Assembly (NCBI GenBank): GCA_030390025.1
Contig: CM059432.1
Location: 11,098,001 to 11,162,000 of the forward strand
Length of the DNA: 64,000 bases
Reading direction: 5' to 3'
Source of the DNA: Squalus acanthias
Taxonomy: Eukaryota
Shown here: positions 49,030-62,129 of the stretch, one piece after another
Layout: every line of letters begins with the position of its first letter
Position numbering within the stretch: the first letter of the stretch is position 1
Position numbers and translations under genes: made by a program
The notes under the pieces: model-generated
What the model was told of the DNA's origin: nothing
Databases searched by the model: none
The model's input: the letters and a program-made list of their open reading frames with translations, nothing else

Positions 49030-49955
49030 GTTCTTCAGAAAACCAATGCTTTCCTGGATGGCCTCCATTCTCACTCTGTAAATTTCTGCTGCCTGTAACC
49101 TATCCTGCACCACCCAGCTCACCTACCTCCCCTTGCTGACCTACACTGATTCCCAGCCCCTCAGCACCTCTACATTTATTTATTTATTTTTATTCGTTCA
49201 TGGGATGTGGGTGTCGCTGGCAAGGCCGGCATTTATTGTCCATCCCTAATTGCCCTTGAGAAGGTGGTGGTGAGTCACCTTCTTGAACCGCAGAGGGCAG
49301 TTAAGAGTCAACCACATTGCTGTTGGTCTGGAGTCACATATAGGCCAGACCGGGTAAGGACGGCAGATTTCCTTCCCTAAAGGACATTAGTGAACCAGAT
49401 GGGTTTTTACGACAATCCGGTAGTTTCATGGTCACCATTACTGATACTAGTTCCAGATTAATTTAATTAATTGAATTTAAATTCCCCAGCTGCCTGTGGT
49501 GGGATTTGAACTCATGTCTCTGGATCATTAATCTAGGCCTCTGGATTACTAGTCCAGTATCATAACCACTATGTTACCGTACCCTATGGGACATTATAAT
49601 TATCATCCTTGCGTTTCAGTACTTTCATGGCTTCACCCCATCCTATCTCTTTAACCTCTGCTGCGCTACAACCCTCTCCCCAAACTCCGTCTCTGTGACT
49701 GGTCTCTTGTGCATCTTTTCCTCCCTTCTCCCAATCATTGACGGCCATGCCTTCAGCTGTCTAAACCCCTCTGCCTCTCCATCTCTGTCTCCTTTAAGAC
49801 CTACCTTAAAATCCACCTCTTTTGACCAAGCTTTTGGTTATGCCATTTAATATCTCCTTTTGGTTAGGACGTCCTTCTTGTGATTAAGCATCTGCAAAGC
49901 GTTTTAGGACTTTTTTTTAAATGTTAAAGGCACTTTGTAAATGGAAGTTGTGAAT
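49030..49955 (+). mobile_element. Old L2 3' fragment split by a SINE
   Basis: L2 3' motifs on both sides of 49175-49584. Confidence 0.65.
49175..49584 (-). mobile_element. tRNA-Thr-headed SINE with LINE family B tail
   Basis: Head and body match 26987-27286; joined to the LINE B tail at 49290/49291. Confidence 0.85.
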
Positions 49956-50375
49956 ATACTGTTCTGGGTTGCTGTGCCAGTTTGGCTTTATCTGAACCCT
50001 TTTAAGTCATCTATAGAATCTTATTTCAAACTGGAACACTGGTTTTTGAGTATTTTACCTCTAACAGTGAATTTCTAATCTCCCTTTTTGAAATGTGGGG
50101 CAATTTAGTGGGTGAAACTAGGCAATCACCCACAATGAGAAGTGGCTGCTCTTGCATACCTTAGTGATTTTCAGAACAGTACCAGCAGAGAGTTTCTTGC
50201 GTGCTTGATTTCTTGGATAGAGGCTGGCATGTGGGAAGGACTAAAGAGTTGAAAGGAAATATGCCATCTCTTGTCTTAAGGACATTACATTTTTGAAATG
50301 CTGAAAACTAGTAATGCCTACTGTCGACTATAATGTATTCACTATAAAAAATAAATTGAAATGGTCATACTATAA

Positions 50376-51046
50376 ACAACTTGCAATTATATACCGCCAA
50401 TGTCCCAAGGTGCTTCACAGAAGTCTTATCAAACAAAATTTGACACCGAGTCACATGAGATACTAGGATAGAGGTAGGTTTTAAGCAGTGTCTTAAAGTA
50501 AGAGAGAGCGAGAGAGGCGGAGTGGTATAGGGAGGAAATTCCAGAACTTGGTGCCTAGACAGCTGAAAGCACGTCCGCCAATGGTGGAGCGATTAAAATC
50601 GGGGATGCGCAAGAGGCCAGAATTGGAGGAGTGCAGAGATCGCAGAGGGTTGTAGGGCTGGAGGTGGTTAGAGATGGGGAGGAGCGATGCCGTGGAGCGA
50701 TTTGAAAACAAGGATGAAAATTTTTAAATCATGACATTGCCGGACTGGGAGCCATGTAGGTCAGCGAACACAGGGGTGATGGGTGAACAGGACTTGGTGT
50801 GAGTTCCGATGCGGGCAGCAGAGTTTTGGATGAGTTCAAGTTTATGGAGGGTGGAAGATGGGAGGCCGGCCAGGGGAGCATTTGAATAGTCAAGTCTAGA
50901 GGTAACAAAGGCATGAATGTGGGTTTCAGCAGCAGATGAGCCGAGGCGGGGCGAAGATGGACGATGTTACGGCGGTGAAAGTATGTAGTCTTGTTGATGG
51001 AGTGGCTATGTGGTCGGAAGTTCGTCTCGGTCAAATACGACACCAA
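50376..51046 (-). mobile_element. L2 3' fragment
   Basis: Antisense to 41030-41640. Confidence 0.85.
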
Positions 51047-51534
51047 GCATTTAAAATTGAGGCTTAATTCATCTTTTCACTCAGACTTGCTGGGAGTGGC
51101 ACTGATATAGATGCAAATTTCAAATGAACTCACTTAACAGTGCAAACCCGAGTCTGTGACCTAATGCAAAACAGAGGGATGAATGGGTAAGCGGCATCTT
51201 TCCTCTTGTATTTTTTGTAACTTTTGCTTTATCCATTAGATGTCATATTTTTGAGAACATTTTTTTAAATGTTGGTTGCTTTAAGACTTTAAAAATATGT
51301 TTTGCATAGGTGCAAAGAATGACATTTAAACTGGTGATCTCTAATGTAGCAATATTAGTGGATCAGAACATAAATTGATTTATTTACACTTTTACTTGAG
51401 TAACAACTGTATAATTGAATTGTGCTTGGAGTTATTTCTGCATTTGTGGGGACCTTAGAAAAGAATAACTCTGAGGCTTCTTTTCAAATAATTACGATGA
51501 AATATGTCTGTACCGGAGGTTTAGTGTAAACAGA

Positions 51535-52032
51535 GTTGTAGACAAGCTTTCGGGAGTTGGGAGGTGAGCTGTTTGTCGCAGAATACCCAGCCTCTGACCT
51601 GATGTAGTAGCCACGTCATTTATGTGGCTAGTCCAGTTCAGTTTCTAGTCAATGGTGGAGCACTTGGCGATGGTAGTGCAATTGAATGCCAAGGGAGGTG
51701 GATAGGCTCTCTCCTGATAGAGATGGCCATTGCCTGGCACTTGTGTGGTGCAAATATTACTTGCCACTTATCAACCCAAGCCTGGATGTTGTCTAGGTCT
51801 TGCTGCATGCGGGCACAGACTGCTTCATTATCTGAGGAATTGCGAATGGAACTGAACACTGCAATATCACTGAACATCCCCACTTCTGTCCTTGTGATGG
51901 AGGGAAGGTCATTGATGAAGCAGCTGAAGATAGTTGGGCCGAGGACGTTGCCCAGAGGAACTCATTCGGCGATGTTCTGGGGCTGAGATGACTGGCTTCC
52001 AATAACCACAACCCTCTTTCTTTGTGCTAGAT
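51535..52032 (-). mobile_element. LINE family B RT fragment
   Basis: ORF 51638-51883: QQDLDNIQAWVDKWQVIFAPHKCQ. Confidence 0.8.
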
Positions 52033-52897
52033 GACACTAAATTAGGAGGGACAATTAAGTAGTGCAGATAAGAGCTGGAGGTTGCAAAGGGACATAGACA
52101 GATTAAGTGAGTAGCAAAACTATGGCAGATGAAGTTCAATGTGGTCAAGTGTGAGGTCATCCACTGTGAATCCAAGAAAGACAAATCGGAGGATTTTCTG
52201 CATGATGAGAAACTAGGAACTGTAGAGGAGCAGAGAGATTTGGGTGTCCATGTACACATCATTAAAAGCTAGTAGATAGGTACAAAAAGCAATTAAGAAG
52301 GCTACTGGATTGTTGGTCTTGATCTCAAGGAGGCTGGAATACAAAGGGGAGAAAGTTATGCCTCAGTTGTATAGAGCCATGGTTAGACCCCTTCAGAGTA
52401 CTGCGTTCTGTCTGGGCACCGCACCTCAGGTGTATTGGCCTTTGAGTGGGTGCAGCGCAGATTCACCAGAATGATACCGGGGCTTAAAGGGTGAAGTTAT
52501 GAGGTCAGGTTGCATAAACTTGGCTTTTATTTCCCTGAGTAAAGAAGATTGAGGGGTGATCTAATCAAGGTGTTTATGATTAAAGGATTTGATAGGGTAG
52601 ATAGAGAGAAACTATTTCCTGTGGTGGCGAGATCTAGAACATGGGGCATAATCTTAAAATTAGAGCCACCCCATTCAAGAGTGAAATCAGGAAGCACTTC
52701 ACACAAAGGGTAGTAGAAATCTGGAACACTCTTCCCACAAAAGGCTGTGGATGCTGGGCCAATTGAAAATCTAAAGACTGAGGTCGATAGATTTTTGTTG
52801 GGTAAGGGTATCAAGGGATATGGATCAAAGGTGGGTAATTGAGATTAAGGCCATGATTTAATTGGATGGCTGAATGGCCTACTCCTGTTCCTATGTA
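52030..52897 (+). mobile_element. CR1 3' fragment
   Basis: Starts gatgacactaaattaggagg (DDTKLG); ends ggcctactcctgttcctatg. Confidence 0.85.
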
Positions 52898-53839
52898 ACT
52901 CACTATTTGAAAAAGACAAGCTTTTAAATGGTGATTTGAAGGATAATTAAATTTTTTATTGAAATCAAAAAGATGCCAATCAAAATATATATTGGAACAA
53001 ATTACAATGTTTGCATTTGAATTGAGTAGCTTTGCTCCTCCCCCAGCATCTGTCATCAGACAAACTAACTAATTGTTGAAACAGTGTATTGAGTCAGCCT
53101 GGGATGTAATTTCTGAGAGTGAAGCTGGATTTTAATTCCTTATGTACTGTGGCAGAATTTAAGAAGCTGATATTAAGCTAAATCTTTGACACAAGTATTT
53201 AATTTTTGTCACAGTGGGTGTATAAAGATGTAAACAGGAAGAATCAGAAGAGTGGATAGGGTTGAATGATGAATGGAGGAGATCATTCATATGAAGAAGG
53301 AACAAAGTAGGAGGGAAAAACAGGCCCTGGGGAACTTCTGATGGAAGGGATGATCAACCACACTGCAAATAGAGTGGTTAGAGAAGAAACAAGATAGCTG
53401 TGAACATCCCTTTAGTGGGAGTGATGTGTCTCTAAGGTAAGTATATAATTTTAAAGTTCAAGTAAGATCCTCAAACAAAGTGAACAATGAAGAGGGGGCT
53501 ACCTTTGGCCATTTTTCAGTTGTGTTGTGTGTGCTCTGCAGTGGCGTATCCACAATCTGCCACCTCCATTGCGTATTTCACTTGTGTTGTGCTTTTTTGG
53601 AAAATGCAACTTGTAAACTTTCCAGTTATGCATGGTTTAGGGAGCTTTCGTGGCGATAGAATATCTGCGATTAAAGCTTTCACCAACACCCTTGCAGTAT
53701 AATTTATATGGATCATGTGAAGATTGGCTATTGAGTTGAAGCAGATTACTAAGCATGTTAGTTGCAAGTTTTGGGTCTGCCTTGGATATTTTCCCGGGTA
53801 GAACAGGGTTGATCTCTCCCAAGAATAGCAAAAATTTAC

Positions 53840-54700
53840 AACTATTTAGCACAAAATTACCTAAGGTGTTTCAGAGACTTGGGTACCAAGCTAATGAAGG
53901 AGATAATGACCAAAGAGGTGGGTTTTAAGGAAGGTCTTGGGGTGGGAATTCCACAGCATGGGGCCTAGGTAGCTGAAGGCAGAAGCCAGTGGAGTGGTGA
54001 AGGGGAGGATGCCCAAGAGGCTGGAATCAGGAATGAAGAGTTGGGGGATTGGGGGTGGTGGTTGTTTGTGGAGTGGGGCAGGTGCTGGGTTTCTGTCTTG
54101 AGAAGGTTATGGTAATAGGGGCATGTAAATAGAAGGATTTAAACTAAGGATGAGAATTTTAAATTTGATGTGCTGGGGACCAGGAGCCATTATAGTTCAG
54201 CGAGGGCAGAGGTGATGGACAAGTGAGACTTGTGTGAGATAGGTGTCGATGGTAAAAGTATGGAATTTGTGGTGGGGTGAAGGGGGGCTGAAGATGATGG
54301 CTTTGACCTTTCCAATGATTAGTTGAAGGAAATTATCGCTCATCCAAGACTTGCTGTCATACGAGCAGTCTGATGGGACAGAGGTCGTGAAAGCATCGAG
54401 AGTAGTGGTGGTAGGTAGAGCTAGGTGTCAGCAGAGTATTTGCAGTAGTCATGTTGGCAAATGATGTCACCAAGTGACAGCACGTATATGATTGGGCCAA
54501 AGATGGATCTTTGGGGTGGTACTCCAGATGTGACTGATCGGTGGAGAGAAAAAAAGCCACTTATGCGACCAGATGGGTGAGTAGAATTGAGCAAAAGCAG
54601 TCCAACCGAACTGGACAACAGAAGAAGAGTTGAAGCAGGATGATGTGGTCAAAGGCTGCAGAGAGGTGAAGGAGAGATAATGCATCACAGTCACAGCATA
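53840..54700 (-). mobile_element. Old L2 fragment
   Basis: ORF 54421-54618: TSGVPPQRSIFGP; L2 3' motifs. Confidence 0.65.
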
Positions 54701-54859
54701 TCGGGGAATGTGGATGACTGATTCTCAACTTATCATTACTATCTTGTTTGGCAACTCTCCTGCCTTCATAGGCTCTCATCGCTCTTGAATTGGCCCACAT
54801 TCTACCCTGGAATTCTCTGAAGGGCACGTCAAAGCACCAGTCACTGCCTCTCTCTGAGC

Positions 54860-55120
54860 AGCAGCCCAAAATACCCATCCTCCTATCTTGCCGACCTTTC
54901 TGCCCAGCTTGTCCATAGGGACTAACCTTAAGCCTCCTTTCCATCCTCATTCACCCACCACAGCACTCTTGCACTCTGCCAATGGGTCAACAATCGCTGC
55001 CCTGCTGGGCATTTTCCTCCAGAATGTCAGTTCATTCGCAGGCATGACGTTATTGTGGATGATTGTAGTTAACATCCTTGCTTTGACTGAAACTTGGCTT
55101 ACAAGTGGTGACAACTTTGC
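54860..55120 (+). mobile_element. L2-type endonuclease N-terminal remnant
   Basis: LQNVSS...ILALTETWL. Confidence 0.5.
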
Positions 55121-57173
55121 TGGACTATACTTTTGACCGCTGCCCACCCAATCCCTCTGTTGCCCCTCCCCTATTGAGGTTATCTCATCTTGTACAAGGT
55201 GTGGTGCAGACCTGCGTTCCAAATATTTTGTGCCCGCCCGCCCCGCCTTAATGACAGAACACTCTCTCTCTTAAGAAATGGTGCCTTTTTAAATTCAGTC
55301 TGAGTGTTGATGGGTGAGCTTTCTCTGCCTTTTCCTGAGCCCTGAAGATTGGTTGGTCACCTGCACATCCGCCAACCCCCTTTGGTTTGTACTTTCCAGG
55401 TCTTCCTGGAAGGTGAGACTCATAAAAATCGTTTAGTACCCTGCTTGCCACCACCCATACCCATCCTGCCTGTCTTCATGGTGTTTAAAGCCAATGCAGC
55501 ACTCTTTCTGTCTGGAATTGCCTTAGCCTCTGCCTTTCTTGTGTGGGGAGCCCTAAACCTCCAGCAACTTCATGGAGACCGGTTACTAACAGTCCCACAC
55601 GGATCGTTGTTGGTACCATTACTCTTCGATCTATATTAATGATGTGGATGAAAGCATTGGGGATACTCTTCTTGGCTGACACACAGATCTGCACTGGTAT
55701 CAAGCCTTGAGAGGGAAAAAAAGATTGCAATCTGATGTAGATGTGATGGGGAATGGACTCGCATCTGACAGTTGACATTTAATGTAGATAAATGCTTGTG
55801 GTTAAGGCTAATGTCAAGCATGTGAAAACCATGCTGGGTTCTGAATTAAAGTCTGTTTAAAGGGAAAGAGGCACCATTTCCTAGGAGAGTGTGCATGTAT
55901 TGCCCAATATCTAATTATACAAAAGTGTAAACTGGGGGTGTAACAATAGATCCCACTTGTGATCTGAATTTGATAGTGTCTTTTTGCATATGCCCTTGTG
56001 CACCTCTAATCTTCCTGAAAGTGGACTGAAATACTTGCTGAGATGAAGGCAGAAACGAATCGTTAAACTGCTTCATTTCACAGACTGCAAGTGAATGTAG
56101 TCACAGTTTGACGTTTCTGAACAGTCGAAGTCTCTCACCATGGCCAGGGGCTAACTATTTCCAAGCAGCCTCTAACTGACTGCATGATATGCCTATTTAG
56201 ACCACTTCCCTACAGGCACCTGAGCAGTGGCACTAAAGGGAGAGGCCAGGTTAAACACAGCTTGATCTTGCCAGCTCTACATCACAACAGTGCTGCAGAC
56301 CTCAGATTACCTTTGAGCAATGCCATAGGAGATCAGCTAGTTTTCAACACACGTGCTGGCTGGGCTATCCTGACCATGGGATGGTTACAGACTCTATGAT
56401 AAAATATATTTGTTAGTAATTCAGTTTTAGTAAGTATAGATATATCCTCTGTCTAGAGGGATGACATTTGCTAACACAAATGCAAAAGCTAGCTTGGCAT
56501 TGATTTTGAAGCCACATTCATGTAGAACAATAAGTCATTTAATTGTGCTAATTATTGAGCAGAACATCAGCTGACTGATATCTGCAGACACTTGGGAGAA
56601 CAGTCTGTGGATTAAGGCTTCACCTAACATCCAACAAGCTTTACTGTGGTGTTATGGTAATTTAATTTGCTTTTTATTCATCTAATTTCTTTAGAAATCT
56701 GCTTATTCCTTACATTAAGTCGATTGTAATTGAAGTATGCCTAATGTAATTGAATATTTACAGGTTTGCCCAGTCAGAACTTGCTTTTAATTTTCTGGGA
56801 GAAAAACATGCATTTTGGTGTTCTGATATTTTAATCTAAATTTACTTTATATAGAATACCTGGAGGATAGGTTTAGGCAGTAAACCATTTAAAGCCTTAC
56901 TATATGGAGTGTGTGTGTGACTTCCTGTAAATACCAACACACTCTCCTGTCCGAACTTCAGAAAAGCAGTGTCAGGTAGCCAAAGGACAACATTGCTATA
57001 TTTGCAGAAAATGTTTTTCATTATATTTATTTCTCTCTCAACAAAAATAAGTAGTTATTTTGTATATATTTCTCTCTACCTCTCTCTACCAATCAACTCG
57101 GCGAGGTCCCAATTTGGCAAAACTATGGTGTAAGCTTAATTTTTGAAATAGTACCTCATACTATTGTTCTAAA

Positions 57174-58331
57174 TAGGGCTGTCAAGTGATTAAAAAACAA
57201 TTAATTGCGATTAATCTAGTGATTAAAATGTTGATCGTTATTCTTTATTTTAATGGCATATTTAATTGATACAATTATTGCATCCATCTCTTTCAAGTTT
57301 GTTTTATTACTGATATTATGATCATTCAATAAACAACCCAGCATAAAAACCCTGTTTTTCCTATTTCTGGATTCATACAAATCTAATGTACTTCTAACAT
57401 AGCCAAGTGTATTGTACCGACATGATGGGAGGCCCCATATGTGCTCACGAGTCACAGCCATTTGATCATGTGGCTACGATTGTGCTGAAGATCAGCATAT
57501 GGACAGAAGAGCTCTGCTCTGTAGCGTACTTGGGAGACCTCCGGACAGGGCAACAAGTTGAAAACTCTGCCTGCCCACTTGGTTAATGTTAGTCAGGGGC
57601 GCATTAACGCGCAGGCCCACGTCCAGGGCACCCAGACAAATACGACACCACCGCCAGGAAAAGTAGAAGCAGGAGACTCTACCTAGAACCCCACTCCAGT
57701 CCTTCATCCTCCCTGCTCTCCTACCACTTTTCCAGTAGCAGCAGCAGCCCCAGCATGGGGACAAGGTCTGACGACGAAGGGTCATCGACCTGAAACGTTA
57801 ACTCTGTTTCTCTCTCCACAGATGCTGCCTGACCTGCTGAGTATTTCCAGCATTTTCTGGTTTTATTTCAGCTTTCCAGCATCCGCAGTATTTTGCTTTT
57901 GTATTGGGGACAATATAGTTATTTTTTTTAAAAGCTTTGACCGAGCAACTTGAGTGGGGAGAAGGGTAGCTCGGATCTCCGCACCTAATCCACCCGCCAA
58001 AGCCTCTCTTGGCATTTTCATCATCAGTGATCATTAACATCATCATGGTGGGGGTGAGAGAAGCAAAACTGAGGTAGCCGGAGATGATAATCATTACTGA
58101 CAATACCTGTGACACTGTAAAGAAGCTTTCTGAGAATTGATACAAAGAAGCTGGCAGCCCATGGAATGGATAAATGAAGGGTTGACGCGGGCTGCGGGAG
58201 CTACCGGACTGGGAACAGTGGACTTTGTTTTATTCGATCGGGAAGGCGGCGGATTTAACTACCGCGATTAATGCGTGTTAAATTTTTAAACGCGTTAACT
58301 TCACAAGTTAACTGAATAATTGACGGCCCTA
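57174..58331. mobile_element. Non-autonomous hAT element
   Basis: TIR tagggctgtcaa / ttgacggcccta; 8-bp TSD gttctaaa / gttctcaa; subterminal gcgattaat motifs. Confidence 0.85.
57765..57904 (+). mobile_element. Penelope pLTR end with hammerhead-like motif (57768-57802)
   Basis: CTGACGA-cga-a-GGGTC-atc-GACCT-GAAACGTT; 9-bp TSD tggggacaa at 57756-57764 and 57905-57913. Confidence 0.85.
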
Positions 58332-61079
58332 GTTCTCAACTAAAATTACTGGGCTCAATATTTAGTTGCTTGCTAAAATATTTGGCGAATCAGAAGTCAA
58401 AGTATATGTATGTTTATACTTTTTTTTGTTTGGGGAGAGTGACCTTCACGTGTGCCTTTTACGTTTGGCGCCAGGTGCCGGTGTCTGTAGGTGTGCAAAA
58501 CTCCGCTGTGTAACTTGGAGACCCAGAGCACAAACAAGCAGCACTAAACAGTCGCAGTAATTTTTCCAGAAAAGGAGACCTTAAACCGATGGGAGATTCA
58601 CAGACCTACATTCCTGCTGTGGGTCTCGCTGTTTGTACTTCCTACAGTCAATAGCAGGGAAACCATGCAGCTGCAGTCAGCTGTACTTTGTAATGTAAAT
58701 AAATGATTCGAAGCCTCGTAATTCTGGTGTTCAACATTTGATGATTCTTGTTCTGAGCTTTATAGATTTGGTCATAATGCTAAATGCGCGTTTCAATTTC
58801 AGAATGTGTTTCATGCCTTCCAAGTTTTTTTTCTGGAGGCAACTGGCCCAGCCAAGTACTATACAATGTTGATGCCCAGTCATTTATAGGATTAGACCAA
58901 GTCAGATTACATTGAGTTAAGAAGCCTGTAGGCGACTATGAATGCATGTAACTGGCAAATCGAACACTTCGGCATACTGGTGACAAATTGATGTTTAAAT
59001 TGAGGCCTGTCAGTTAGGCATATCCTGAGGTCAATTAGAGGTTCATTGTTAAAGTTTCCATACATTGATAGCTGCAAGTGTGAGTGTTTCTAATTATTTT
59101 TGTTTACAGGCCTGAGAATTACAGTTGCAGAATTCTAAGTGCAGCCAGTAAGACCCTTCATAGTGCCTAGCTATGAATTGCACTCTGGCCACCAATCATT
59201 TTGCATGCATGTTTACACACACATGTATAGCTCTGCTTCTGGTTGATAACTTAAAAGTTTTTCTGCAAACATGAAAAAATATTCTGCATTAAGCCTACAA
59301 AGAAAGTGACCAGAAGGGCCAAAGGAGCACTTTTTTCTGGCTTGACACTGCACTGCAATTATACTCCACATGGTGTCAGTGGAAGCCATTGTGCATTGAT
59401 ACAAAAATAGCAGTATAACTGCAGCCCGAGGGCCCTCTGATTTCCCACAAGAGATTAGAACATCACATCAAATTCCATCATCGATATTTAGTTTATTTTC
59501 TACATGCTGATATTGTGACCCTCTCCAAAATGTTGTCTTGACAGTGGTGCTGTCTAGGTGGCATCTGGAGTTTTTCAGTGAGGGTGGGGGAGGAGCCTTA
59601 TTTTGCCTGATGTTTTAGGTGACTTTTTGAAAGACTCAAGTTAAGCAGATTATATATATTTTTTTAGAAGAAGCAGGGTGGTGGGAAGATTCCAATATGA
59701 TACTTAATAGCAGACTAGTACCATAACCTGGGACACAAATTATTTTATATATATATTTTAGATTGTATTTTTTTCTGCAGCAGTGTCCCAAGGATACAGG
59801 AAGTATCACAGTGCTATGCTACAATGCACTAAAAGAATTTGTCCTCAAATTTAGTGCATCAGTTTGTAAATTTATTCTTCCTGCAATCTATTTTGTTCAT
59901 AGCTTCTGAGATTTTCATACTAGAGAAAGAGTATGAGCAAGTTACAAACAATTGAGGTGTTTGTAGGTCAAAACCCTTAAATTCAACAAGAGCAATTCAC
60001 TTACTTCTTGAGAATATTGTGACTTTGTGTTTAAATAGCAGACAAAAATGCACAATTGAGAGTAATTACTGGACAGTAATGTCACAAAGGGGTTCCAATT
60101 ATACAAAACCACAGGCGTTTAGTAGGTTTATAACTGTCTTCTGCACCCCAAAAAGAGACTGTAACCTTGAAATCATTCCTGTTAACCATTTTAAAAATAT
60201 TGTAATGTTTTCTGTAGCATTAGTAGGAACAGTTTCACTCCATTTTGGTTTTTCTTGTTGCTTGCATTTCATGACATTTATTGACCGAATGCTTAATATA
60301 GTTGATGCACTGTGACATCCTTACTGGAGAGTCGGTAATTTAATGCAATTATGGCAAGTGATGATCTGGTAGTAATGTACTGGAAAAGATGAAATGTTGA
60401 AATAAAAATGGAGTTTTGAAGTGATGCCAATTGACGTTTTAATTAGCAGTTTTCCCAGCATTTTATTAACCAATTTGTGCCAAGTTGAATTTTGCTTTAG
60501 CATCTCAAAATATTTTCAAGATGACAAAGTTCAATTTTGACTTCAATGGATATGCATCAGGCAAATAAGTCTGCATTCGAGAGGAAATATTTGGCTGTTC
60601 TTTAGGATTTTTGTCTGAGCTAAAATAGAAATGTTATTATCTTCAGGCAGTTGTTGAATGATTGTACATTACGTTGTGAATGTTGCAAAGAGTAAATTGT
60701 GATCCTTCAGTAGTTGTTTTGAGCCTAGAACTTTAAGAGGAAAACCTTTTATGCAACGTAGTGAGCTCCAAGCTTGTGCAAACGTTACTTTTGACCTAGG
60801 TGGTGCATGGGAGCTTGTTTTACTCTACTTTTCTCCTTTCCCATGGAGATACCTCTCTTCTGCTCAACTCTGTGCTATTCCAAATTGGGAACTATTGTAC
60901 AGAGAATTACCCATATCATTCCATTGCATATGTTATAGCCAAAATAATCTTTTGAAGTTCGCTGCAGACAACTATATGTATGGATGCAGTGGCAAAAGGT
61001 TGTAGTATTTCTGGCTATGTGCTATACGTATGGATGCATAACTTTGACTGTTCCTCCATTTCCTGTATATAGAAAGAAA

Positions 61080-62129
61080 GAAAGCAAAGAGTTGCAATAA
61101 ACGGGTCTTTTTCCGAGTGGCAGGCAGTGACTAGTGGGGTACCGCAGGGATCGGTCCTTGGACCCCAGCTATTCACAATATATATTAATGATCTCGACAA
61201 GGGAGCTAGATGTAATATCTCCAAGTTTGCAGACGACACAAAACTGGGTGGGCATGTGTGCTGCGAGGAGGATGCCGAGAAACTCCAGGATGATTTGGAC
61301 AGGTTGGGTGATTGGGCAGAAGCGTGGCAGATGCAATATAACGTGGATAAATGCGAGGTTATCCACTTTGGTGTCAAAAACAGAAAGGCAGATTATTATC
61401 TGAATGGCAATAGATTGGGAGAAGGGGAAGTGCAACGAGACCTGGGTGTCCTTGTGCACCAGTCGCAGAAGGTAAGCATGCAGGTGCAGCAGGCGGTTAA
61501 GAAGGCAAATGGTATGTTGGCCTTCATAGCGAGAGGGTTTGAGTACAGGAACAAGGATGTCTTGCTGCAGTTGTACAGGGCCTTGGTGAGACCACACTGT
61601 GTGCAGTTTTGGTCGCCTTATCTGAGGAAGGATGTTCTTGCCATGGAAGGAGTTCAGCGAAGATTCACAAGGCTGATACCTGGGATGGCAGGAATGACAT
61701 ATGAGAGAGATTGGGTCGATTGGGCTTATACTCGCTGGAGTTTAGAAGAATGAGAGGGGATCTCATCGAAACTTATAAAATTCTGACAGGACTGGACAAA
61801 CTACATGCAGGAAGATGTTCCCGATGGTCGGGGAGTCCAGAACCAGGGGTACAATCTATGGATAAGGGGTAAGCCATTTAGGACAGAAATGAGGAGGAAT
61901 TTCTTCACCCAGAGAGTGGTGAACCTGTGGAATTCTCTGCCACAGAAGGCAGTAGAGGCCAATTCATTAAATAGATTCAAGAAGGAGTTGGATATATTTC
62001 TTAAGGCTAAAGGGATCAAGGGATATGGGGAGAAAGCAGGGACAGGGTACTGAATTTGGATGATCAGCCATGATCGCATTGAATGGCGGAGCAGGCTAGA
62101 GGGGCCGAATGGCCTACTCCTGCTCCTAT
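61080..62129 (+). mobile_element. CR1 5'-truncated copy
   Basis: ORF 61127-61753 (GVPQGSVLGP, KFADD) and 3'UTR. Confidence 0.92.

Noticed and set aside
55258..55890. Short inverted repeat (aaatggtgcct/aggcaccattt) around a very old CR1-like fragment
   Set aside because: Too short and degenerate, with no TSD, to define an element
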